A DNA stretch of 58,310 nucleotides from Candidatus Saccharimonadota bacterium (GTDB lineage Bacteria; Patescibacteriota; Saccharimonadia; Saccharimonadales; UBA4665): contig DAHWQR010000003.1 in assembly GCA_027340655.1 (NCBI GenBank), positions 1 to 58,310 on the forward strand, in the 5' to 3' direction. Position numbers and translations under genes: made by a program. Shown here in pieces: positions 8,811 through 17,113 of the stretch. The notes under the pieces are model-generated. The model saw nothing but the letters and a program-made list of their open reading frames with translations, did not search any database and was not told the origin of the DNA. How positions within the stretch are numbered: position 1 is the stretch's first letter; every line of letters starts with the position of its first letter.

Positions 8811-9065
8811 ATGTATTACAACTACGGTCCAGGCCCGATGGGCGCTCACAATTGGGGTATAGGAGCTTTAATGGGTGTGTTTTTCTTAATTTTCATTGTG
8901 ATTGTCGCTCTTATAGTAATCTGGTTGCTAAATCATCACGATGTTAGCTCCCGAGGAACGTCTATCGAAGGTAGCGCTGATCCGTTAAACATCGTTAAAC
9001 AGCGTTACGCAAAAGGCGAAATCAAAAAAGAAGAGTACCAGCAGCTGCTTAAAGACCTAAAGTAA
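8811..9065 (+). CDS. SHOCT-domain small membrane protein
   Basis: An N-terminal TM helix is followed by the C-terminal LNIVKQRYAKGEIKKEEYQQLLKDLK, which fits the SHOCT signature (RyAkGEI..eEy...k..L). A strong SD (aaggaagg) precedes the ATG. Confidence 0.6.
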   Translation: MYYNYGPGPMGAHNWGIGALMGVFFLIFIVIVALIVIWLLNHHDVSSRGTSIEGSADPLNIVKQRYAKGEIKKEEYQQLLKDLK

Positions 9066-9315
9066 CCTCCATTAATCAGGTGCGCTAGTTACAAGTTTTC
9101 TAGGCGTTTGTTTACTTATCCTAGAAAGTTCAGAGATATTTAATGCCCCTCGTCTAGTCGGGCCAGCTATTTATTTGCTAAAGCTTATTTCGGATTCTTC
9201 TAAAGATAAATTCCAACTGTCTATAGTTCTGGTGGTGGCCAAAAAAAGTCAACCCCTAGAACCAGATGACTTAACAATCGTAGCGAATTGGTTGCATCGC
9301 CCGAGCTGTCATAAA

Positions 9316-9321
9316 TATAAT
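9316..9321 (+). promoter_or_regulatory. Candidate -10 hexamer (TATAAT) for the T4SS-like operon
   Basis: Sequence cataaaTATAATccc lies 30 nt upstream of the ATG at 9351. A GGAGGGG SD sits at 9336-9342. Confidence 0.35.
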
Positions 9322-9350
9322 CCCTTCGAATTGACGGAGGGGATAAGAAA

Positions 9351-9713
9351 ATGTCAAAGAGAGTTAAGCAGGCCGCGGTTCTTAGCTGTTGGCTGATTGC
9401 GCCATTGCTTGCGTTAATAATAGCTCCGCCGGGGAATGCTCTGGCGGCTAATGCTCAGATGGGCCAGGTGGATAATTTTATCCGTAGCGTTATTACGGCG
9501 GTAACCGGCATTGCCGGATTAGTCGCCACCGGCTTCTTTGTTTTAGGCGGATTCAAGTACATAACCAGTTCGGGCAATCCGCATAACTTAGAACATGCTA
9601 AGCGAACGATTGTTTTCTCAGCCCTCGGTCTGGCTATCGCAATCGCGGCATTTGTACTTAGTGGAATCGTCACCAGTCTAGCGAGTTCGGCTTTCGGTAG
9701 CATCAGACTATGA
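9351..9713 (+). CDS. VirB2/TrbC-like T4SS pilin-type small membrane protein
   Basis: The signal peptide ends ...PPGNALA/ANAQ. Two hydrophobic helices then flank the loop GGFKYITSSGNPHNLEHAKRT. The size and topology match VirB2/TrbC-type subunits of Gram-positive and CPR T4SS loci. Confidence 0.6.
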   Translation: MSKRVKQAAVLSCWLIAPLLALIIAPPGNALAANAQMGQVDNFIRSVITAVTGIAGLVATGFFVLGGFKYITSSGNPHNLEHAKRTIVFSALGLAIAIAAFVLSGIVTSLASSAFGSIRL

Positions 9714-11020
9714 TTTACTTCTTTGCTTCAATTCACGGCTTCGTCGTTCCAATACTCGCTAGCCTAAGCGGACTAGCCACGCTTTTATGTACTTTTTTTC
9801 TGGTTTGGGGCGGACTGGCGTACATCACAAGTTCCGGCGATCCCGGTAAACTAGCCCATGCCAAACACATGCTCTCAAGGGCTATGCTTGGGCTGGTCAT
9901 TGTTTTGGCGGCCTCGGCGATCAGCCTAATCCTGACCCATACATTTGTTAGCTCGTCGGTCTCCACATCGCAAAAACTACCAACCCTAGCAGCGATCAAG
10001 CCGGTATCTGCAAGTGGCGGACTGGTGGAGGTGTTAATTAAAGCAATTGCCGGTATGATGGCGGTAATTGTCGAGACCGTTGGCAAACCATTCATTTTAG
10101 CCCTGTCGTACTTTACTAAGTCCACACCTTTGCTAACTCATAGTGCTAGCGTTATGCACCTTTGGCTCATCTGCACCGGTCTAGCCGACGGATTGCTAGT
10201 ATTAGTAATTGCGCTGCTTGGATTCCATGTAATGAGTGGCGAATACATCGGGCTCAAAGATATCAGCCTCTCCTCCCTAGTGCCTCAACTACTGCTGGTA
10301 TTTGTGCTAATTAACACTTCGATTTATCTACTGGACGGGGCAATTGAGCTTTCTAATACCATGATTTTGGCGATACGCGCCGGAGCAGGAAACATCACTC
10401 CCTGGCAATCTCTGCTAAAGGTTGTTTCCGGAGCCTCCGGATATAGTCTAGCCGCATTAATAGTATTTGTTATTTTTCTAGTCTTCAGCGTAATTTTAAT
10501 CATCTACTATATCGGACGCATTGTGGCCCTTTATTTAGGCGCCGTGTTGTCTCCCTTGCTTATTTTGCTCTGGCTACTGCCTAGTTTTAGGGATTTCGTG
10601 GAAAACGCCCTAAAGGCCTATCTCTCCACAATTTTTGTTTTGTTTATACATGTCATAATTCTGACCCTGGCCGGATCATTGTTCTTAGGCGTAGTTAGCA
10701 GCGGCAACAGCTCGCCTGACCCAATAATGTCGCTACTGCTTGGTCTGGCTACCCTGATTGCACTGATTAAAACCCAGGGAGTGCTAATGCAGCTTAACTA
10801 CGCCAGCCTGGGGGCGCGTTCGGCTCGCCGCCTGGGGAGTAATTTTATTAACGGCGTTAGTTACCTGGCTTTAACGGCTAGTTATGCTTACAGCAGTAGC
10901 GTCGCCCCGGCCTTAAGTGCCGCCGGAGGGGGCGTACGCAAAGTTTTACCAGAAGCAAAGTCCAAAATTAATCGTTCCAGTAACAGCACCCCCAAGAATA
11001 ACAAGGGGCCAAAAGCATGA
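9710..11020 (+). CDS. VirB6/TrbL-like polytopic T4SS channel protein with an N-terminal VirB2-like module
   Basis: A 436-aa protein with about 8 TM helices. Its first ~85 aa repeat the pilin motif of the previous gene (GGLAYITSSGDPGKLAHAKHM). It overlaps the upstream gene by an ATGA. Confidence 0.6.
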   Translation: MIYFFASIHGFVVPILASLSGLATLLCTFFLVWGGLAYITSSGDPGKLAHAKHMLSRAMLGLVIVLAASAISLILTHTFVSSSVSTSQKLPTLAAIKPVSASGGLVEVLIKAIAGMMAVIVETVGKPFILALSYFTKSTPLLTHSASVMHLWLICTGLADGLLVLVIALLGFHVMSGEYIGLKDISLSSLVPQLLLVFVLINTSIYLLDGAIELSNTMILAIRAGAGNITPWQSLLKVVSGASGYSLAALIVFVIFLVFSVILIIYYIGRIVALYLGAVLSPLLILLWLLPSFRDFVENALKAYLSTIFVLFIHVIILTLAGSLFLGVVSSGNSSPDPIMSLLLGLATLIALIKTQGVLMQLNYASLGARSARRLGSNFINGVSYLALTASYAYSSSVAPALSAAGGGVRKVLPEAKSKINRSSNSTPKNNKGPKA

Positions 11021-11514
11021 AAACTTCAATCGTACCTGCCCAAATCACTTCAATCGAGGATACCATTACCGCTAAATTATCCCTGACCCAGATTGTCCTT
11101 TTAGTGCTGCCGGTCTTTTTTGCGAGCATTGTTTTTGCCGGTTTACCGCCCTTGATGCACGTTAAGGTATACAAGCTGGTTATTACGTTTTTGGTTTCGG
11201 CACCAATCGCCGTGCTTGCTGTTCGATTCCGAGGCCAACTTTTATTGCATTGGCTAGGGGTGTTAGTGAGTTATCATATCCGCCCCCGTCGCTACGTAGC
11301 AACACTTGATCCGCCCTGCGAAAATGATCATAACGATTCCGGCTTAATAAGCATTGAAACCAAGGTTGCTCCAACTCTAATCACATCTGAATCGCTAGCC
11401 GATTTAACCCCTTCCGACTACCTGATGCTAGAGAATTTTCTGAGCAATAAAAAAATTACTTACTTTACGAATAATAAGGGGCAACTCAATGCACGTATTA
11501 AAGCGCAGCAATAG
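11017..11514 (+). CDS. PrgI/VirB3-like small T4SS membrane protein
   Basis: The N-terminus VPAQITSIEDTITAKLSLTQIVLLVLPVFFA resembles the PrgI-family start (vP.di...edki..gLt.rQl). Two TM helices follow. It overlaps the upstream gene by an ATGA. Confidence 0.5.
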   Translation: MKTSIVPAQITSIEDTITAKLSLTQIVLLVLPVFFASIVFAGLPPLMHVKVYKLVITFLVSAPIAVLAVRFRGQLLLHWLGVLVSYHIRPRRYVATLDPPCENDHNDSGLISIETKVAPTLITSESLADLTPSDYLMLENFLSNKKITYFTNNKGQLNARIKAQQ

Positions 11515-12136
11515 AATAGAACCGTCCCGACAAAACAATGGTTCGGCTAAGATCCAGATTAGTATAAAGGGGGTTCAAGAGGAGATCTTAGCGCTTTCGG
11601 ATAGGCGCTACTGCAGCATCATTGAAACCTCGTCGGTTAACTTCGAGCTTAAAAGCGAGGATGAGCAGGATGCATTAATCGAAACCTACCAAAGCTTTTT
11701 AAATGGGCTGGGCTTCCAGATCCAAATTATCATTCGGGTACGCGAAATAGACCTCGACCATTACTTAGACGATCTTGATGAGCGCTCGAAGAAAGAAGAG
11801 CATGCCGTTTACCGCAGTCAAATCGAGAGCTATGCCTCGTTTGTGCGCAGCCTAGTCAGTGTAAACCGGATACTGAGCCGAAACTTTTATGTCGTTGTAC
11901 CGCTGGAGTTGGATTCTCGGCATGACTTTGAATTTGCCCGTGAGCAGCTGTCTTTGAAAACCGAAATTGTCGAAAAGGGCTTAATGCGCTTAGGCATGAA
12001 TACCCGCGAGCTTAGAGGCATCGAAATACTTAATCTGTTTTATGCTTTTTATAATCCGAAACAGGCTAAGAATCAGCCTTTAACGGATAGCGTAATGCGA
12101 TTGATGCATACGGTACTGGTAGGAGATGGAGCATGA
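11489..12136 (+). CDS. VirB4 N-terminal-domain-like protein (separate ORF)
   Basis: YCSIIETSSVNFELKSEDEQDALIETYQSFLNGLGFQIQIIIR resembles the N-terminal domain of Gram-positive VirB4/PrgJ-type ATPases. Together with the next ORF it totals 215+573 = 788 aa, about full VirB4 length. It overlaps the next ORF by an ATGA. Confidence 0.5.
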   Translation: MHVLKRSNRIEPSRQNNGSAKIQISIKGVQEEILALSDRRYCSIIETSSVNFELKSEDEQDALIETYQSFLNGLGFQIQIIIRVREIDLDHYLDDLDERSKKEEHAVYRSQIESYASFVRSLVSVNRILSRNFYVVVPLELDSRHDFEFAREQLSLKTEIVEKGLMRLGMNTRELRGIEILNLFYAFYNPKQAKNQPLTDSVMRLMHTVLVGDGA

Positions 12137-13854
12137 AGCTAAAACAGCTACTCAATAGCAAGCAGTCGGATCATGTAGTCTGTTTTGGCGAGCAGGACCA
12201 GCTGAGTTTAATTAGCTACTCCGGCTTAGAAGAGTTTCCGGACTATCTCGAATTGGACGGACAATTCTTGCGCGTACTTTATATCTCCGGATATCCCTAC
12301 GTAGCTCATTCCGGCTGGTTGGATAGCTTAATTAACTTTAACCACGACGTAGATATCTCATTCCAAATTGAGGATATTGACGCTACCAGCGCTTTACCCA
12401 GACTGCAGCGCAAAATTACCGAACTTGAATCAACTAAGCGCACGATGATTAAAGCCGGCCGGATTGTCGGACCGGACATTACCGATCCGTTAGAGTCGGC
12501 CACCCAATTGCGTGACAAAATTCAGCGCGGTCAGGAAAAGTTATTTCAACTGGCGATCTATATTTGCTTAATAGCAGAATCGGAAAACGATCTCAACAAG
12601 TTAACCAAACTTCTAGAAACTGCCCTCGCAGCCAGAATGTTTTTTGTTAAAACGGCCCGGTACCAGCAACTTGACGGACTGCAGTCAGTATTGCCCAGAG
12701 CCGAAGACAGGCTTAAACAGAAACGTAACCTGGATAGTTCGTCGGCAGCCTTAAGCTTTCCTTTTATGTCTTCTGAGCTGGTACAGGAAAACGGCATTCT
12801 CTACGGAGTTAATAAATCTAACAGCTCGCTCGTGATGCTCGACCGCTTTGGTTTAAATAATGCCAATAGTATTACCTTTGCTCAGTCCGGAAGTGGCAAA
12901 AGTTATGCCAGCAAAGTTGAAATACTAAGACAATTAATGCTTGGAACGGACGTTATCGTAATTGATCCGGAACGCGAATATGCCAATCTGGCAAGTTCAG
13001 TTGGAGGCACCCATATTGAACTTTCTATCGGCTCGAGCCAGAAGATAAACCCTTTTGGATTGAATAGCAAAGATAAGACAACTACCTCTGCCTCATTAGC
13101 TGAACAGGTGCAAGGACTAACGGAGATTATTTCGCTGATGGTCGACGGCTTAAATGCCAGGGAAATGGCAGTCGTAGATAAAGCCATCCTAGCAGCTTAT
13201 AAGAAAGTATCATTAAAGCGCGAGGTGACGCTGGAGGACTTCTACGAGCAACTTATTAAGGCTCAGGAGCATAGATTGGCGGAACGATTGGAAAAGTTTG
13301 TTAACGGCTCCCTAGCCTCGGTTTTTAACCACCCGACAAACATTGATTTAGACAACCGCCTAGTGGTATTTGACATTAAAGATTTGCCGGACAATCTGCG
13401 CCAGATGATGATGCTAATAATTTCCAATTTTGTCTGGGGGAAAGTAAAGCATCAACCTAAAAAACGGCTACTGGTAATTGATGAGGGCTGGTTGCTGCTG
13501 GAGCATGAGCAAAGCGCCCGCTTTATAGCTGGACTTTTTAGGAGAGCCCGGAAGTACTGGCTGGGAGTGGCGGTCATTTCTCAGCAGGCATCGGACTTTT
13601 TAGCCAACGAATATGGACGAGCCATTGCCAGCCAAAGTTCACTAAGAATTTTAATGCGCCAAGACAGCACCACAATCAACAATGTCTCTCAGGAGTTTAA
13701 GCTAAGCGAGTTTGAACAGAGCTTTTTGCTGACTTGTGACCGCGGCGACGCATTAATTATTGCCGATTTGAATCACGTCGCATTAAGCGTTGTGGCATCT
13801 GCTAGCGAACACCCGCTAATTACTACCGATCCGAATGAGGTTTTTGCAAAATGA
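12133..13854 (+). CDS. virB4: VirB4/TrbE/PrgJ-type T4SS ATPase (C-terminal ATPase part)
   Basis: Walker A is FAQSGSGKSY and Walker B is RLLVIDEGWLLL. The conserved FRRARKYWLGVAVISQQ is present. The N-terminal DGQFLRVLYISGYPYVAHSGWLDSL is typical of VirB4. Confidence 0.85.
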   Translation: MKLKQLLNSKQSDHVVCFGEQDQLSLISYSGLEEFPDYLELDGQFLRVLYISGYPYVAHSGWLDSLINFNHDVDISFQIEDIDATSALPRLQRKITELESTKRTMIKAGRIVGPDITDPLESATQLRDKIQRGQEKLFQLAIYICLIAESENDLNKLTKLLETALAARMFFVKTARYQQLDGLQSVLPRAEDRLKQKRNLDSSSAALSFPFMSSELVQENGILYGVNKSNSSLVMLDRFGLNNANSITFAQSGSGKSYASKVEILRQLMLGTDVIVIDPEREYANLASSVGGTHIELSIGSSQKINPFGLNSKDKTTTSASLAEQVQGLTEIISLMVDGLNAREMAVVDKAILAAYKKVSLKREVTLEDFYEQLIKAQEHRLAERLEKFVNGSLASVFNHPTNIDLDNRLVVFDIKDLPDNLRQMMMLIISNFVWGKVKHQPKKRLLVIDEGWLLLEHEQSARFIAGLFRRARKYWLGVAVISQQASDFLANEYGRAIASQSSLRILMRQDSTTINNVSQEFKLSEFEQSFLLTCDRGDALIIADLNHVALSVVASASEHPLITTDPNEVFAK

Positions 13855-14327
13855 AGAAAATGGTCGCTCTGTCAGTGGCGGTAGTTATCTTTATGATGAG
13901 CATGCCAATTATTTTTCTGCTTACAGCGACGAATGTCGGCGCCTTGGCCTCCGCAGCGATTAGTTTATTCGACTCACCGGCTAACGCTTCAGACGCCTAT
14001 GAGTATGGCGAGTGCACCTACTGGGTAGCTCTGCGGCGTATCCAAATCGGTGAGCCGATACCAAACACCTGGGGCAATGCGATTACTTGGGCAACGCGCG
14101 CCGCGGCAGACGGCTATCAGGTCGACCACACACCCAGCTATGGAGCTATTATGCAGGATCCGCTGGCTCCCGGTGGACTAGGGCACGTAGCCTTTGTGGA
14201 AAGTGTTAATCTCTTAACCGGCTCCTGGACGATATCTGAAATGAACCGTGTCGGTTGGGATGAAGTTGATACGCGAACTATGCCTGCACAGGCAGCAAAC
14301 AAGTATAACTTTATCCATAACCAGTAA
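13851..14327 (+). CDS. CHAP-domain peptidoglycan hydrolase (T4SS-associated, VirB1 functional analogue)
   Basis: An N-terminal TM/signal segment is followed by the catalytic Cys context YGECTYWVALRR and the His context GLGHVAFVESV. It overlaps virB4 by an ATGA. Confidence 0.75.
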   Translation: MKKMVALSVAVVIFMMSMPIIFLLTATNVGALASAAISLFDSPANASDAYEYGECTYWVALRRIQIGEPIPNTWGNAITWATRAAADGYQVDHTPSYGAIMQDPLAPGGLGHVAFVESVNLLTGSWTISEMNRVGWDEVDTRTMPAQAANKYNFIHNQ

Positions 14328-14372
14328 GAAGTCTTTAAATTTATGCCTGTCACAATATATACTTAAGAGCGA

Positions 14373-15809
14373 ATGGTGGGCAATAAAACAAGAAAACCAG
14401 AAGTTCCAAGCGAACGAACACTAACCAAAATCTTAGCTACTATCGGTCCGGCGACTAGTAGCTATGAGCTGGTTTTAGAGCTGATTAAAAGCGGCGTTAA
14501 CGGTTTCCGGCTTAATTTCTCGCACGGTACTCACAAAGAGAAGGGCGAGCAAATTAAATGGGTGCGTAAAGCCGCGAGCGAGCTGGGCGTACGCGTGTCT
14601 ATCGTTCAAGACCTTCAAGGCCCGAAGATGCGTTTAGGAGATTTCGACGGCGCGCTAGAAGTAAAGCGCGGTCAAACTCTAGTGCTTGAACACGACGCCG
14701 ACTTTAGCCAGAGCGGACATTTGCCGACTCAATATGATCTAAGCACTAAGGTAAAACGCGGCGAAAGGGTGATGCTGTTTGACGGCCGTGTTATTAGCCA
14801 GGTTAGCGCTATAAAGAACGGCGAGGTTTATGTAGAAGTCCAAAACGACGGGATACTTATTAAGCGCAAGGGCATCAATCTACCGGATACAGATTTTGCC
14901 GGTGACGTTATTACGCCAAAAGACAGGGCCGACCTTATATGGGGCGCCAGCCAAGACATTGACTATGTAGCGCTCAGTTTTGTTCAGTCGGACGAAGACA
15001 TTAAACAGCTCAGACGTATTCTCTCGACGATCAACTTCAACGCTCGGATTATTGCCAAGATCGAAACCAAAGCCGCAATCGACAATTTGGAGGACATAAT
15101 TAAGGAATCTGATCTGATCATGATTGCCCGCGGAGATTTGGCGGTGGAGACGCCAGCCGAAAGCATTCCTTTAGTGCAACGCAACATTATTGCTCTAGGG
15201 CGGCGATATGCCAAACCGACAATCGTCGCTACACAGATGTTGATTAGTATGACTCAGGAAATGGAGCCTTCCCGAGCCGAAGTGTCCGATGTGGCCACGG
15301 CCGTTCTTATCGGCGCTGACTGTCTCATGCTTAGCGAAGAAACCGCGGCCGGTCGTTACCCGGTAGAGGCGGCCAAGACGATGCAGCGAATTATTAGCTA
15401 CACCGAAAGTCACGCTCCTGCGCTAGTTAGTCTCGATGACGCTAACCTAAACCAATCAATTCAAGACGCGATTACCGAGGCAATCATTAAACTAACTCAA
15501 ATCGTGAAAGCCAAGGCGATAGTCGCAGAGACTAAAACCGGGTCTACAGCGTTAAGTATTGCCGCCAGACGTCCAAGCACGCCCTTGATTGCCGTAACTA
15601 ATTTGGAACGTACGGCTCAGCAACTAGCGATTGTCTTTGGCTTGAGTAGTTTCGTAAGACCGGCAACCACTAAAGCTGCAGTTAAACTGACGGATTATCT
15701 AAGAGATACTCACGTTTTTAGCAAAGGCGACGTAATAGTTACGGTATCCGGTCAACAGCCTGGTGTGGTCGGTACTACGGATACAATAAAAGTAAGGATG
15801 CTAGAGTAA
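14373..15809 (+). CDS. pyk: Pyruvate kinase
   Basis: Motifs KILATIGPAT, NGFRLNFSHGTH, DLQGPKMRLG, IIAKIE, IMIARGDLAVE, ATQMLISM and SEETAAGRYP. Confidence 0.95.
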   Translation: MVGNKTRKPEVPSERTLTKILATIGPATSSYELVLELIKSGVNGFRLNFSHGTHKEKGEQIKWVRKAASELGVRVSIVQDLQGPKMRLGDFDGALEVKRGQTLVLEHDADFSQSGHLPTQYDLSTKVKRGERVMLFDGRVISQVSAIKNGEVYVEVQNDGILIKRKGINLPDTDFAGDVITPKDRADLIWGASQDIDYVALSFVQSDEDIKQLRRILSTINFNARIIAKIETKAAIDNLEDIIKESDLIMIARGDLAVETPAESIPLVQRNIIALGRRYAKPTIVATQMLISMTQEMEPSRAEVSDVATAVLIGADCLMLSEETAAGRYPVEAAKTMQRIISYTESHAPALVSLDDANLNQSIQDAITEAIIKLTQIVKAKAIVAETKTGSTALSIAARRPSTPLIAVTNLERTAQQLAIVFGLSSFVRPATTKAAVKLTDYLRDTHVFSKGDVIVTVSGQQPGVVGTTDTIKVRMLE

Positions 15810-17093
15810 ATGTTTGTTAAAAAAACAGTAGAAGACGTTTCGGTTGACGGCAAAACGGTACTCTTGCGGGCCGATTTCAACGTCCCGATTAAAGACGGTA
15901 AAGTCGCCGATGCCTATAGGATTAAGCAGGCTCTGCCGACGATTAAATATTTGCTAACGCACAACGCTAAACCGATTATCATCTCGCACTTAGGCCGTCC
16001 TGACGGTCACGTTAATCCCGAGTTTTCGCTGCATCCGGTAGCTCAAGTTCTGGAGCGGATGCTTAATGTTCAAGTGGAATTTGCCAAGGATTGTATCGGT
16101 AAACCAGTGGAGCGGTCTTTAGCTAAGCTAGAGCACGGTGGAGTTGTGCTTTGTGAAAACCTGCGCTTTCATGCTGAAGAGGAGGAGAACTCCGAGAGCT
16201 TTGCTAAGGCATTAGCTAAGCCGGCTGAACTTTTTGTTCAAGATGGTTTTGGCGTAGTTCACCGCAAGCACGCCTCAACTGATGCGATCACTCGCTTCCT
16301 GCCCTCAGTATCCGGATTTTTACTTAAACGTGAGGTAGATACAATTACCGAAGTGATGGCTAACCCGAAGCGCCCGTTAATGGCAATTATTGGTGGCGCG
16401 AAGATTACTGACAAACTTGACTTAATAAAAAGGTTCATTGAGATCTCAGACATTGTGGCCATTGGCGGCGCAATGGGCAACACCTTTTTAAGCGCCCAAG
16501 GCGTTTTTGTCGGCGATAGTCTAATTGACTCGAATGACCTACCTCTAGCCAGGGACATCATTCGTATGGCCGATGAAGAGGCCAAAAAGCGGCGTTTTGT
16601 GTTCGTGCTACCACGCGATGCGGTTGTCTCGGAGAAGATCGAGCCAGATGCAACAACCAGGATTGTTGACTTCAGCACGCACGTTGTCGCCGAAATTGAG
16701 AATTACCCGAGAAGGGTGCCGCATGGAGCGATTAGCGTAGCCAAACACGAGCGGATTCTCGACATCGGTCCATTCAGCGGTTCATTTATTGCCGGTGCGA
16801 TACAGCAGGTAAGTACTGTGGTTTGGAACGGTACGATGGGAGTAACAGAAGTATCTTCCCTGATCGGTGCCAGCGGGCCGTTCGCTCACGGAACCGAACT
16901 AATTGTAGACGCTTTACTGGGTCAATTTGGTTTTCGTCCCTTTAGTTTGGTTGGTGGCGGGGACACGGTCGGTTATGTTGAAAGCCGTGGTTTAATTGAG
17001 CAGTTTAATCATGTTTCTACCGGTGGCGGAGCCAGTCTTGAGCTGATGGCCGGACGTAAATTGCCAGGAGTCGAAGCTCTGGAGGATAAATAG
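15810..17093 (+). CDS. pgk: Phosphoglycerate kinase
   Basis: Motifs VLLRADFNVP, ISHLGRP, ENLRFH, AIIGGAKITDKL and STGGGASLELM. The ATG directly abuts the pyk stop codon. Confidence 0.95.
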   Translation: MFVKKTVEDVSVDGKTVLLRADFNVPIKDGKVADAYRIKQALPTIKYLLTHNAKPIIISHLGRPDGHVNPEFSLHPVAQVLERMLNVQVEFAKDCIGKPVERSLAKLEHGGVVLCENLRFHAEEEENSESFAKALAKPAELFVQDGFGVVHRKHASTDAITRFLPSVSGFLLKREVDTITEVMANPKRPLMAIIGGAKITDKLDLIKRFIEISDIVAIGGAMGNTFLSAQGVFVGDSLIDSNDLPLARDIIRMADEEAKKRRFVFVLPRDAVVSEKIEPDATTRIVDFSTHVVAEIENYPRRVPHGAISVAKHERILDIGPFSGSFIAGAIQQVSTVVWNGTMGVTEVSSLIGASGPFAHGTELIVDALLGQFGFRPFSLVGGGDTVGYVESRGLIEQFNHVSTGGGASLELMAGRKLPGVEALEDK

Positions 17094-17095
17094 GG

Positions 17096-17101
17096 TACAA
17101 T
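17096..17101 (+). promoter_or_regulatory. Candidate -10 hexamer (TACAAT) 12 nt upstream of the tpiA ATG
   Basis: Sequence tagggTACAATaaggtaaatactATG. There is no SD in the short leader. Confidence 0.25.
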
Positions 17102-17113
17102 AAGGTAAATACT

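Noticed and set aside
9175-9396. 73-aa ORF (TTG start) upstream of and overlapping the pilin-like gene
   Set aside because: It covers the likely promoter and SD region of the T4SS operon and overlaps its first gene by 46 nt in another frame. It has a non-ATG start and no motif, so it is probably non-coding.
9455-10125. Minus-strand ORFs of 82 and 130 aa within the pilin and VirB6-like genes
   Set aside because: They are antisense shadows inside a tightly coupled + strand operon.
16259-16678. 139-aa minus-strand ORF inside pgk (with similar ORFs inside pyk, tpiA, uvrA, atpA, atpD, alaS, obg, uvrC and others)
   Set aside because: All lie antisense or out of frame within confidently identified housekeeping genes. 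They are treated collectively as spurious.
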